Source of the DNA: an uncultured bacterium
GTDB lineage: Bacteria; Verrucomicrobiota; Verrucomicrobiia; Limisphaerales; UBA8199
NCBI GenBank assembly: GCA_963749495.1
Contig: CAVVMW010000021.1
Location: forward strand, 736,001-800,000
DNA: 64,000 nt
Direction of reading: 5' to 3'
Both the position numbers and the translations under genes were made by a program. The notes under the pieces were generated by a model. The model ran no database searches, was not told the origin of the DNA, and saw only the letters and a program-made list of their open reading frames with translations. Shown in pieces: positions 1 through 8,739 of this stretch (the first letter of the stretch is position 1; each line of letters begins with the position of its first letter).

Positions 1-39
1 GGGTAAACTGGCCTCATCTGCCCATGTGGATGGCGAAAA

Positions 40-1665
40 ATGAGACGCACATCGAGAATAAGGCTGTTGGCCGTGGGCGCTCTGGTTGTTCTGGGCGCGC
101 TGGCGGGCCTCTCCTCGTGCAGAAATAGCGCGCAGGGCAAGCTTGAACGTACCCGCCGCGCCCTCCGCCAGGAAGGGTTCAAGCTCGAACTAGCTGAGTT
201 TCAATTCGAAGTTCCCCCGGAAGAAAGCGCCCGCGCGGCCGCCCTGGACGCGGCCGGCGAACTCTCCTCCAGCAGCTCCTGCTGGGACGGGGGGAGCGGC
301 CGACTCTCCTTCCTCTCCGGCGTGGCCCAGGATATTGATTGGCTTCCAGCGGCGGGAACCAACGCCGCGCTGGTCCTGTGGGACGAACCCAATGTCGAGA
401 CCCGGGGGACCAACGACCTATGGGGCGGCTTGCGCCGACTGAATCAAGCCATGCTGGATAGGGCCTGTCAGGCACTATTCTCCGGCCCCCACCGCTTCCC
501 CCTTCCAAGAGTCAAAGGCGGCCGTATGGAATATGCCGGCGACTGGGCCCCCTGGCTGGCCTGCCCACTGGCGGCGCGAGCGTTGCTGGAGTTGCACGAC
601 CGGAACCAGGCCAGGGCCTGGACGAACCTGTTGGCACTCACGCGGTTGGTCGCCGGGTGGCGAGCGCAGCCGTTTGCGCAGTTCTACACTTGGCGAGACC
701 GAAACTTGCGCGTGGCCTACGGAGCGACCTGGCAAGCCGTGCAGGCGGGCGGGTGGAACGACGCGCAGCTTGAGGCCTTGCAGCGGGAATGGGAATCGGC
801 TGATGTGCGGAGCGGTTTGCCGGAGATGGCGGCCTTTGCGCGCGCGCATGTGAAGCACGTCTTCAGTCACAGGCTCCCGCTTCGTCCGCGTTCGCAGCAG
901 TCGTCTCCTTTGCTGATCTTCAGGGATCCCGAGCTTGCCTGGGAGCGGCTCACGGTAACGGTCAGGCGGACGCTGGCTGACATTCGCTACCTGCATTACG
1001 GGAAATATGATGACGAGGAGGTGCTCCTGAGGTTCCTGCGCGATTGCGAGAAGGATTACCGGCGGGCCGAGGCCTGCTCAACCTGGAAGCAGATAACTGA
1101 GCTGCCCGGAGTCGGGTCGTGGACCCCCGGAGCAACCAATCTGTCGCAAAGGGCAATCCTCCGCACGAGTGGGTGCAGGGTGCGTGTGGAAACGGTGATC
1201 GGGTTGGATCTCGTGTGCGGCTTTGCCTTCGAGCCGGCTGTCTCCGGGCCGCCACCGGCCCCATCGCGGCTCGGGCGCGTAGCCAATTGGGAGTCAAGGC
1301 GCCGGCTGCTGGTGACGGCCATCGCTATCGAACGATACCGGCTGTGCCGGGGCGCTTATCCCGAATCGCTGGACTCGCTGGCGCCGGAATTGCTCCCCAG
1401 CCCGCCGCTCGATTTCATGGATGGCAAGCCGCTGCGCTACCGGCGCACCGAGGATGCCCATTTCCTCCTCTATGCCATCGGGACGGACTGCACAAATGAC
1501 GGCGGGAACGGCCGCGTCCCAGGCCTGCCTTCGCTCATCTCCGATTCTGACGCCCCGGATCTGGTCTGGCCGCGGCCCGCCTCACCGGCTGAAGTCGGCC
1601 AGGAAGCTGCCGCACGCCGCCGCCTGACGCGTAACGCGAACGAGATGACCACTTTCGTCCCGTAA
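40..1665 (+). CDS. Hypothetical exported/membrane-anchored protein with a GspG/pseudopilin-like C-terminal motif
   Basis: 541-aa ORF; hydrophobic N-terminus; C-terminal 'LLVTAIAIERYRL..GAYPESLDSLAPELLPSPPLDFMDGKPLRYRR...FLLYAIG.D..NDGG' typical of PVC pseudopilin-like proteins. Confidence 0.6.
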   Translation: MRRTSRIRLLAVGALVVLGALAGLSSCRNSAQGKLERTRRALRQEGFKLELAEFQFEVPPEESARAAALDAAGELSSSSSCWDGGSGRLSFLSGVAQDIDWLPAAGTNAALVLWDEPNVETRGTNDLWGGLRRLNQAMLDRACQALFSGPHRFPLPRVKGGRMEYAGDWAPWLACPLAARALLELHDRNQARAWTNLLALTRLVAGWRAQPFAQFYTWRDRNLRVAYGATWQAVQAGGWNDAQLEALQREWESADVRSGLPEMAAFARAHVKHVFSHRLPLRPRSQQSSPLLIFRDPELAWERLTVTVRRTLADIRYLHYGKYDDEEVLLRFLRDCEKDYRRAEACSTWKQITELPGVGSWTPGATNLSQRAILRTSGCRVRVETVIGLDLVCGFAFEPAVSGPPPAPSRLGRVANWESRRRLLVTAIAIERYRLCRGAYPESLDSLAPELLPSPPLDFMDGKPLRYRRTEDAHFLLYAIGTDCTNDGGNGRVPGLPSLISDSDAPDLVWPRPASPAEVGQEAAARRRLTRNANEMTTFVP

Positions 1666-1758
1666 GTCCACTCCGAACGGGGGACGAGGTTGGCTCGTCA
1701 TCATCATCAACCCCACTGACTTCTCGTGATGCGCCTGCGCGGGCGCCAGCATTGCGAA

Positions 1759-4700
1759 TCAGCGTTTTAGCTTTTCCCCCAGTTCTTCAAGCAGGAACCC
1801 TTCGGCGACCACGTGATGTTTGGCGTCGGTGAGGATCAGCCAGGGCAGCGATTTCACGTTCATGGCCCACTTGGCTTGGCCCGGCTCTTCAGTCACACGG
1901 CCAACGGGGAAGGGCATGGGGTTGGAATCCTTCCATTGCTTGAAGGATTCGCTCGTGGGACCAGCCGTCTGCACGGCCAGGACGGTGAGGCCCTTCTGAC
2001 GCGACTGATCGCCCTGCTCGGCCAGCAGACGCAGACAGCGGCGGGAGGGGCGTTGTCCGAGGTCGAAGAGGCAGAGCAGGATCGGTGTCCCGACAGGAGC
2101 GTTATCCGCCGTCAAGCCCAGCGAGGCCAGTTCGGGCAGTGGATGGCCGATTAAAGTGGCACGCGAGTCTGGCGCGGCGGGGCGCGGTCCCCTGAGGGCT
2201 ATGAGCTTGAGGACGATGTTAGTGTCGCCGCCTTGGGCCCGGACGCCGCCCCGAGCATCCAGGGTATTGGAAGTGAGGACGACCTGGCCGGCGCAGACCT
2301 CGTCGAACATGAATCGGCCCTCACCGTCGGCGCAAGCGGGGTCCTTTGACTGCTGGCCCTCGCCGGAGAAGAAGACCCAGGCTCCGGCGATCGGCTTGTC
2401 CTGCGCATCCACAACCTGGCCGGAGACGTAACGGTCGGCGAGGCGAAGAACAAAGGGTTCGAGTTCCACGCGGTTGGTCTGGAGAGTGCTTTTTGGCAAG
2501 TCGTGGGTAAGCCCGCCGTATCCTTTCGCGGTGGCGGTCATGAAGTAGTTCAGATCCGCCGGCAGGGCGGTGAGGCTGAAGCGGCCCTGGGAGTCGGTGG
2601 CGCTTGACTCGAAGTCGCCGCTCATGCGGCCGGTCTTTGGCATGACCTGCACGGTGGCATTAGCGAGGGGCAGGCCGTTGGCATCCTGGACACGACCGGC
2701 CACGACAAGGCCTGGTTCAAGGCGGAGTTCCAGTGCAGTCGTGTTTTCGTCGATCTTCCGGACCACCGCGAGGTTTCGCGCCGTGTCCTGAACCAGGATG
2801 CAGGAACTATTGAACACCCTGCCGAACTGAAGGGGATTCCACGATACCTCGTATCCTCCATTGGCGTCGGTGGTTGTCTTGCCGGAGCCAGGGACACGAT
2901 AATCGCCCGGCAACACTGCCACCGGCAGACCTGGGGCGGGGACGCCGGCGGGATCACGCACGATGCCGGTGGTCTTCGGCCGCGCGTTGAGTTGGAGTTC
3001 AACGCCGTTGGTTTCGTTGAGTTCCACCGCAACGAACATATCGGCGCACCACGCGCCATTCTTCGAGGCCGACACTCGATATTCCCCCGGCGGCAAACGC
3101 AGGAGCGCCCTGCCGCTATCGTCCGCATCGGCTTCGGCCAGATAAACGAGATAGGCTTGGCTAAGGACATTGATGTGAGCTTGCGCCACGGGCGCGCGGC
3201 CGCCTTCCGCCAATACCAGCACTTTGAGAAAACCGCCGCGCGTGGCTGAAATCTGGACATCGCGCGAGGTTTCCCCGGTCCGCACCGAGAGCCAGCCCGA
3301 TTCCGCCACCCAACCGGGAATCGCATTGGTGTCGCATAAGATACGGATTGCATAAAGGCCCGGGGCAAGGCCAGTCATTCGGAAGGCGCCGTCGGCGCCC
3401 GATAGGACGGGTTCGAAAGCCGGGGCGCGGGGCGTCCCGAACTTCAAGGGGCTTGGCTCGACGCGGTCAGGCCAGAGCCTGGCGCCGGCGAGCGGGTGCC
3501 CATCTTCGTCCAGCACATGACCCTCGATTGCGCTGGCCGGCCCCTCATTTGCCGGCTGGGCGCCCGATTGAACTTCGGCCTGCCGTGGGGAATCTGCGCG
3601 ACGAGATGATGATTCTGAGGAGACGTTCTTGTCCCGCATGGCCCTCTCGATAATGCGCTCGCGGACCCGCTCACGATACCGCGCCAAAGTCGTCCCTTCG
3701 GCCTCCAGCGTCTGAATGAGCCTCATCCTGTCCCCGTGTGAGCGGATCTCCCTCTGCACCTCCTCATCAATGACCTTCTCCGGAACGTTGTAGCGGGCCG
3801 TGTTGAACTCGTGCAGCACCACCTGCACCTGGACGGCTGAGACCCCGGCGGCGAGCAGCGTCATCAACAGAGCGACGCCAAACCGCGGCCAGCGGGCCAG
3901 GACAAGGTCGCGGTCACGACGCTTGTCAACCAGGCGGCGGATGCGGCGTTCCAACCCAGTGCCTCGGCGGAACATTGCCATGCCGGCGCCCCATTCGGGA
4001 GCTGGGAGGCAGGCCTGCGCCAGCCGCAGCAGCGTCTCCGCGTAAGCGACGGGCCTGGACGCGGCGAGCACGTGGTTGTCGCACAACTCTTCGCGGGCGC
4101 GTTCCAGCTCCCGGTTCAGGTAATGGAGCAGCGGGTGGGGCCAAAACGCGACCAGCGCAAGACGCTGCACGGCCAGCACCCATTGGTCCCTCCTCCGGAC
4201 GTGGGCGCATTCGTGGATCAAGGTCTCCGTCAATTCCGAGGGGCTCATGTCCACGGCCAGGGCCTCCGGCAAAACGACCCGGGGATGAACCAGGCCAACC
4301 ACCATGGGGACCCGGGCCCGCCGACAGAGGGCGATCGGCGGCAGATGGTTCAGCGAAAGCGCCTGCCTCACACGCTGCAACTCGGCCAGGCGCCAGCCCG
4401 ATGGCGGAGCCTGTGCTTCGCGCGCCAGGCGCCTTAACCGCCGCCAGCCAACGACCAACCGCAACGCTAGAAACAGGCTGCCGAGGGCCCAAATTGAAGC
4501 GGCGAGGGGCAAGAGAATTCGCCCGCCGGCCCGGCCCGACCCCGGCGCAACTGCGCCCGCGAGGGCTGGGTTCGCCCTTCCGGCGCACCCCTCCCCGCGG
4601 GCGGCGCTCAGCGACCCTCCCTGCTTCGGGTCCATCTTCCCAGCGGCAGCGACCCTCCCGTCTCCAGCCCCCGGAGCCATCTCTCGGGGGCTCAAGACCG

Positions 4701-4983
4701 AACGCGGTCCGAGCGCGGCGGAATGCGCGGCCAAAAGCCCCGCCGGCAGCGCGATCCGCATCAATGCGATCCTCCAGCCGAATCCATCCAGCAGTCCGGT
4801 GAGCGCGGGCAAGCCCAGGACACAAATCAAGGCCCCCAGCCACAGGCCGTGCCGCACCGTGGGGCGGTTCCGGCCCGCTATAGCCGCCAGGGCGGCAACA
4901 ACACCCAACAGGATCGAAACGCCCCACAGGACGTGCCCGCCCCAAACGACGATGCCCGCGCCGGAATGGAACGGATTTGTCAT
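1759..4983 (-). CDS. BlaR1/peptidase M56 sensor with SurA-N-like, carboxypeptidase-regulatory-like repeats and C-terminal thioredoxin-like domain
   Basis: HECAH zincin motif, 'FWPHPLLHYLNRELERAREELCD' M56 signature; repeated 'GxVxDxxGxP' modules; C-terminal 'LLCLFDLGQRPSRRC...VKSLPWLILTD' redoxin-like fold. Confidence 0.85.
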   Translation of the reverse strand: MTNPFHSGAGIVVWGGHVLWGVSILLGVVAALAAIAGRNRPTVRHGLWLGALICVLGLPALTGLLDGFGWRIALMRIALPAGLLAAHSAALGPRSVLSPREMAPGAGDGRVAAAGKMDPKQGGSLSAARGEGCAGRANPALAGAVAPGSGRAGGRILLPLAASIWALGSLFLALRLVVGWRRLRRLAREAQAPPSGWRLAELQRVRQALSLNHLPPIALCRRARVPMVVGLVHPRVVLPEALAVDMSPSELTETLIHECAHVRRRDQWVLAVQRLALVAFWPHPLLHYLNRELERAREELCDNHVLAASRPVAYAETLLRLAQACLPAPEWGAGMAMFRRGTGLERRIRRLVDKRRDRDLVLARWPRFGVALLMTLLAAGVSAVQVQVVLHEFNTARYNVPEKVIDEEVQREIRSHGDRMRLIQTLEAEGTTLARYRERVRERIIERAMRDKNVSSESSSRRADSPRQAEVQSGAQPANEGPASAIEGHVLDEDGHPLAGARLWPDRVEPSPLKFGTPRAPAFEPVLSGADGAFRMTGLAPGLYAIRILCDTNAIPGWVAESGWLSVRTGETSRDVQISATRGGFLKVLVLAEGGRAPVAQAHINVLSQAYLVYLAEADADDSGRALLRLPPGEYRVSASKNGAWCADMFVAVELNETNGVELQLNARPKTTGIVRDPAGVPAPGLPVAVLPGDYRVPGSGKTTTDANGGYEVSWNPLQFGRVFNSSCILVQDTARNLAVVRKIDENTTALELRLEPGLVVAGRVQDANGLPLANATVQVMPKTGRMSGDFESSATDSQGRFSLTALPADLNYFMTATAKGYGGLTHDLPKSTLQTNRVELEPFVLRLADRYVSGQVVDAQDKPIAGAWVFFSGEGQQSKDPACADGEGRFMFDEVCAGQVVLTSNTLDARGGVRAQGGDTNIVLKLIALRGPRPAAPDSRATLIGHPLPELASLGLTADNAPVGTPILLCLFDLGQRPSRRCLRLLAEQGDQSRQKGLTVLAVQTAGPTSESFKQWKDSNPMPFPVGRVTEEPGQAKWAMNVKSLPWLILTDAKHHVVAEGFLLEELGEKLKR

Positions 4984-4985
4984 AT

Positions 4986-5390
4986 TTATAGGTCCTTCTT
5001 CTTTGCCTCCTCGATCAGTTTGCGAATGCGTCCGGCCTCCTCGGCGCTCAACCGCCGTCCGCGCAACAGGGCCACTACCAGTTCCTCGACCGAACCGCCG
5101 AAGGCCGTGTCGATCATGCGGCTGACCAGGTCCCGGAGCGTGGCGGCCCGCGGCGAACGGGCCGAATAGTAATGACTCTGTCCCTGGAGTCTCCGCTTGA
5201 GCCAGCCCCGCCGGGCCAGGCGGTCCATCAACGTGTGAACGGTGTTGCGCGCCAGGGGCCGTTTGCGGTTGAGCGCCTCGCAGACCTGGGTAACTGTCAC
5301 CTCGCCCCCCGCCCAGACCTCGCGCATGATCTCCATCTGGGTCTCGGAAAGCCCCGCCGGTTTCTTTCGTTTCATGGCCATTCGCTCCAT
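4986..5390 (-). CDS. BlaI/MecI/CopY family transcriptional repressor
   Basis: 'LSETQMEIMREVW..GEVTV..V...LARNTVHTLMDRLARRGWL...FGGSVEELVVALL'; directly upstream of M56 gene; start may be 5378/5372. Confidence 0.92.
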   Translation of the reverse strand: MERMAMKRKKPAGLSETQMEIMREVWAGGEVTVTQVCEALNRKRPLARNTVHTLMDRLARRGWLKRRLQGQSHYYSARSPRAATLRDLVSRMIDTAFGGSVEELVVALLRGRRLSAEEAGRIRKLIEEAKKKDL

Positions 5391-5418
5391 CGGTTCAGGC
5401 TCGTCACAGCCTTATCAC

Positions 5419-5463
5419 CTACAACTGTAGTGGCATATTACCTACACATGTCGGCAGTGTCAA
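5419..5463 (-). promoter_or_regulatory. Sigma70 promoter of blaI-M56 operon overlapped by two BlaI/CopY-type operators
   Basis: Minus strand TTGACA (5458-5463), 17 bp spacer, TAATAT (5435-5440); palindrome CTACAACTGTAG 5419-5430 and imperfect TACACATGTC 5443-5452 match the TACAnnTGTA box. Confidence 0.8.
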
Positions 5464-5873
5464 CAGTTTTTTTGGATTTTTTTTGTTCGATTTTGCCTCC
5501 TTCCGGCTTCTCAATGGTGATAGCCTGCTGGCCATGAACGATGGTCCCCCGCTCCTTCGATCCCGCTTGGAACGAATCCTCCATGGCCGGGCCCCAAAGA
5601 CCGGCTCGAACAGCCAGTGCAAGCCAGCGTGCGGGGAGTTCCTGAGTCTTCCTCCCCCAGCGATCACGCTCGTGAGTTGGGCCATTGCTACGCTGCTGGC
5701 CGGCGTAGCTCTTGCCCAGACCACGAACACGGTGGAGCCTAGTTTTGCGTTAGCATCCTAAGCGAGAGCGTTGCTTTTTTTCGCAACGAGCCTCTCCCCG
5801 AGGAATTCCAGGTGAGCAAAAAGCTTCCAAATAATTTGTTCGGTTTTCATATTGGCGTCCATCTACTGATGAA

Positions 5874-7751
5874 ATGATGACCGACAACATGAGACTCGTG
5901 CGGGAATATGCCCGGGGCGGTTCCCAGGAGGCGTTCGCCACGCTGGTCGCGCGGCACGTCAACCTGGTCTATTCGGTCGCCCTGCGCCAGACCCGCGATC
6001 CGGGCCTGACTGACGAAATCACCCAGGCGGTTTTCATCGTCCTGGCGCGCAAAGCAAGATCGCTCAGCCCGAAGACGATTCTGTCGGGCTGGCTCTGCCG
6101 TACGGCACGCTTCATTTCGTCCGACTCGATGAAAGCTCAACGGCGTCGTCGATTCCGCGAACAGGAGGCATACGTGCAATCCAATTTGAGTGAGCCTGAA
6201 TCTGAAGCCTGGATGCAACTCGCGCCGGTCCTCGATGACGCGCTGGGCTGCCTGGGGCAGAAGGAGCATGACGCCATCATGCTGCGCTTTTTTGAGGGTA
6301 AGAACTGGCAGCAAGTTGGAGCGGCGCTGGGCACAGGCGAGGACGCCGCGCGCATGCGGGTGAGCCGCGGTTTGGAAAAACTCCGCAGGGTCTTTAGCAA
6401 GCGCGGCCTGGCGCTTTCCACCGCCACGCTTGCTGGCGCGCTGGCGGCCAATTCGGTCCAGGCCGCACCGATTGGCCTGGCTGCCTCGGCCACGGCTGCT
6501 GCCGTCAAGGGCGCCTCCGTGGCGGCCACAACACTGAGTCTCGTAACCGGAGCATTGAAAGTCATGACATGGACAAAAACGCAGATCGCAGTCGCGGTCG
6601 CGGCGGCCGCCTGTTGCGCGGCGGTCGCGGGCGCGGTAATGCAGCGCGCCGAGGTCACCCGTGGCTATACCGTTCAGGGCTTGGTTGATTTCAAGGAGGC
6701 GCGATTTTCTCAGGAAAAGGGCATCTACTACAAGACAACGCCCATCGATTTCGAGGCGCAGGTGTTAGGCGGCAGGTGGTGGATCCGGCTTGGCACGCGC
6801 GACCCCAAGCTGTATGATTACCGCATCGTTTCTTGCGAGGACAGCAACGTCTTCCTGCTGCTGAGTTACGAAACCCGGATGCGGTTGGCCCGTGAAGAGC
6901 AAGGACCGGCCGATGCCCGCAAACTACCGACTAACGTCGGCGACGGTGGCCTCAGCACTGGAACTGTGCCGCGCTTTTTATTCGCAGAGGAGGCGGGAGC
7001 TATATGGCTTGCCTATGCCTCGTGGGCCGATTTCCGCGCGGCGACTCCGGGTGCGAAGCACCAAGTGCCCTTCGCAAATTACCTGCGCCACGGGCCCATC
7101 ATGCCGGGTGATCCCCCGGCGGCCGAGGACGCGTTCTGGGAGCTAGGGGAAGATAGGCCGCATCTGCCAAAGAGCGTCGACTATTTCGTGACGAATGTCC
7201 CCCCCGAGGCAGGCGACGCCTCTCGAACGGGGTCGGCCGCGAGCTACCGTCTGACGAACGTGACCTTCCGCGTGGTTTCCTTTCTGGATCGCGATGGATG
7301 GCGCTTTCCTCGCGAGTCCGTGGCCTGCCTCTATCGTCTCGACAAGAACGGCCGCGCTGAAGGCGGTCTGGAACTCGGGGAGGAGATGCGCGTCGTGGCG
7401 ACTAACATCGCATTTGGGACTTCCTTGCAATCATTCAAACCCGAGCTGCCGGGCGAGACCATAATTACTGACGAGCGATTCAACCAAGGCTCCGGTCTCT
7501 CGCTCAGCTATTTCGCGACCAACGGCTGGCCGAGTGAAGCTGCGGTCCGCCGCTCTCCAGCGTACAGGGCGGCAATGTACAGGGCGGCACTGGCGGATCT
7601 GAACGCCCCTAAGCTGAGAGCGGCTCTCGGACGTGCTATTCCGGCGCTGTTGTTCGGTACGCTGCTCTTGCTTGCCGTGGTGCTCTGGCTCGCAGTCCGA
7701 GCCCGACGGCGGGCGAGCACCCGGACCAAGCCGCCCCCCTCCTCGGTCTGA
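5874..7751 (+). CDS. ECF sigma-70 factor with long C-terminal extension (TM, extracytoplasmic domain, C-terminal TM)
   Basis: 'SQEAFATLVARHVNLVYSVALRQ...EITQAVFIVLARKA' region 2, 'LDDALGCL...DAIMLRFFEG..EDAARMRVSRGLEKLR' region 4; Ala-rich linker and hydrophobic segments. Confidence 0.88.
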   Translation: MMTDNMRLVREYARGGSQEAFATLVARHVNLVYSVALRQTRDPGLTDEITQAVFIVLARKARSLSPKTILSGWLCRTARFISSDSMKAQRRRRFREQEAYVQSNLSEPESEAWMQLAPVLDDALGCLGQKEHDAIMLRFFEGKNWQQVGAALGTGEDAARMRVSRGLEKLRRVFSKRGLALSTATLAGALAANSVQAAPIGLAASATAAAVKGASVAATTLSLVTGALKVMTWTKTQIAVAVAAAACCAAVAGAVMQRAEVTRGYTVQGLVDFKEARFSQEKGIYYKTTPIDFEAQVLGGRWWIRLGTRDPKLYDYRIVSCEDSNVFLLLSYETRMRLAREEQGPADARKLPTNVGDGGLSTGTVPRFLFAEEAGAIWLAYASWADFRAATPGAKHQVPFANYLRHGPIMPGDPPAAEDAFWELGEDRPHLPKSVDYFVTNVPPEAGDASRTGSAASYRLTNVTFRVVSFLDRDGWRFPRESVACLYRLDKNGRAEGGLELGEEMRVVATNIAFGTSLQSFKPELPGETIITDERFNQGSGLSLSYFATNGWPSEAAVRRSPAYRAAMYRAALADLNAPKLRAALGRAIPALLFGTLLLLAVVLWLAVRARRRASTRTKPPPSSV

Positions 7752-7879
7752 TAGCGGACCCGGCAACGCGCCGGCAGCTCACCCAACAGGTCATTGATCG
7801 ATGTTGCTCTATCCGACCCGGACGGTGTTTTTGGACCTTACTTCAAGGTCTGCCGCAGGCGCAGCCCGCGGGCGGGGCG

Positions 7880-8214
7880 TTGTTCTCGGGGACGCCAGTG
7901 GGGGGCCTCATGGGAAGACGGGCCGACCTCTTCCAGGCGGCGGCAACCCAATGGCGCAGCCTCAATTATGTCGTAGTGACGCCCAACGGCCCGACCGACG
8001 GCGGCGATTTCGGGCCTGGCACTCAAGGCACCAAAACCTCCGGCCTCCAGGAGGCCTTCAATCGCGCGCACGAGGAGGTCAGAGACGTCTATATCGTGGG
8101 CGGCGGCAACAACTCTATGCTCCAGAAGGGCGTCAGCTACCGGCTGGATCAAACGTTGCGCATACCCTGGATGCAGGATTGGCGTCTGGACGGGGGCGAG
8201 TATGCCCTGAGTGA
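7880..8214 (+). pseudogene. N-terminal fragment of a probable beta-helix/pectate-lyase-like protein
   Basis: 'GTKTSGLQEAFNRA...VYIVGGG...YRLDQTLRIPW' resembles the start of right-handed beta-helix proteins; ends abruptly at the blaI promoter. Confidence 0.4.
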
Positions 8215-8220
8215 GAATCA

Positions 8221-8278
8221 AGACGCCTGTCTTTTTTTGTGTTTTTTTGTTGACAAAACAGACAAGAGTCTAAATAAT
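8221..8278 (+). promoter_or_regulatory. Sigma70 promoter of second blaI-M56 operon with two AGAC-N4-GTCT palindromes
   Basis: TTGACA 8250-8255, 17 bp, AATAAT 8273-8278; AGACGCCTGTCT 8221-8232 and AGACAAGAGTCT 8260-8271. Confidence 0.65.
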
Positions 8279-8335
8279 GGAGTCGAACCTGGGGACGGGC
8301 GCGGGTTTCGACGCCCGTCCGCAAGAGCGTTTCTT

Positions 8336-8719
8336 ATGAGAAAGATTCGGTTGCCGCCCGCCGAGCGGGACGTGCTGGCCTGCGTTTACCAGTTGCCTGG
8401 GGCCACGGCGCGCCAGATCCAGGAGCGCCTCCGCGGCTATCGGCCCATGGCCCACGGCTCGGTGCTCACCTTGCTAAAGCGCCTGGAGGCAAAGCGGTTG
8501 GTCGCGAGGAAGAAAGGCCCGGTGGGCAAGGCCTTCGTCTATCAGGCCACCAAGCCCCAGGAATCCACCTTCACTCACCTGCTCCGGGACCTGGTGCATC
8601 GAGTATTCCAGGGGGACCCGGTTTCGCTGGTGGCTTCGCTCTTCGAGACCCGGCCTCCCACGGGCCAGGAGGTGGAGAAGCTGCAAGCCATGTTGGATGA
8701 ATTGCGCCGACAAAATTGA
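8336..8719 (+). CDS. BlaI/MecI/CopY family repressor
   Basis: 'MRKIRLPPAERDVLACVYQLPGATARQIQE...HGSVLTLLKRLEAKRLV...FQGDPVSLVASLF'; true start ATG 8336 inside ORF 7880..8719. Confidence 0.9.
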   Translation: MRKIRLPPAERDVLACVYQLPGATARQIQERLRGYRPMAHGSVLTLLKRLEAKRLVARKKGPVGKAFVYQATKPQESTFTHLLRDLVHRVFQGDPVSLVASLFETRPPTGQEVEKLQAMLDELRRQN

Positions 8720-8739
8720 CCGGGAAAGGAGAATCCAAA

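Noticed and set aside
5483..5761. Small ORF with signal-peptide-like segment
   Set aside because: Ends right after the putative signal; at best a fragment with no assignable family
7880..8719. 279-aa ORF as a novel BlaI fusion
   Set aside because: It reads through a T-rich promoter region; it is a gene fragment accidentally in frame with blaI starting at 8336
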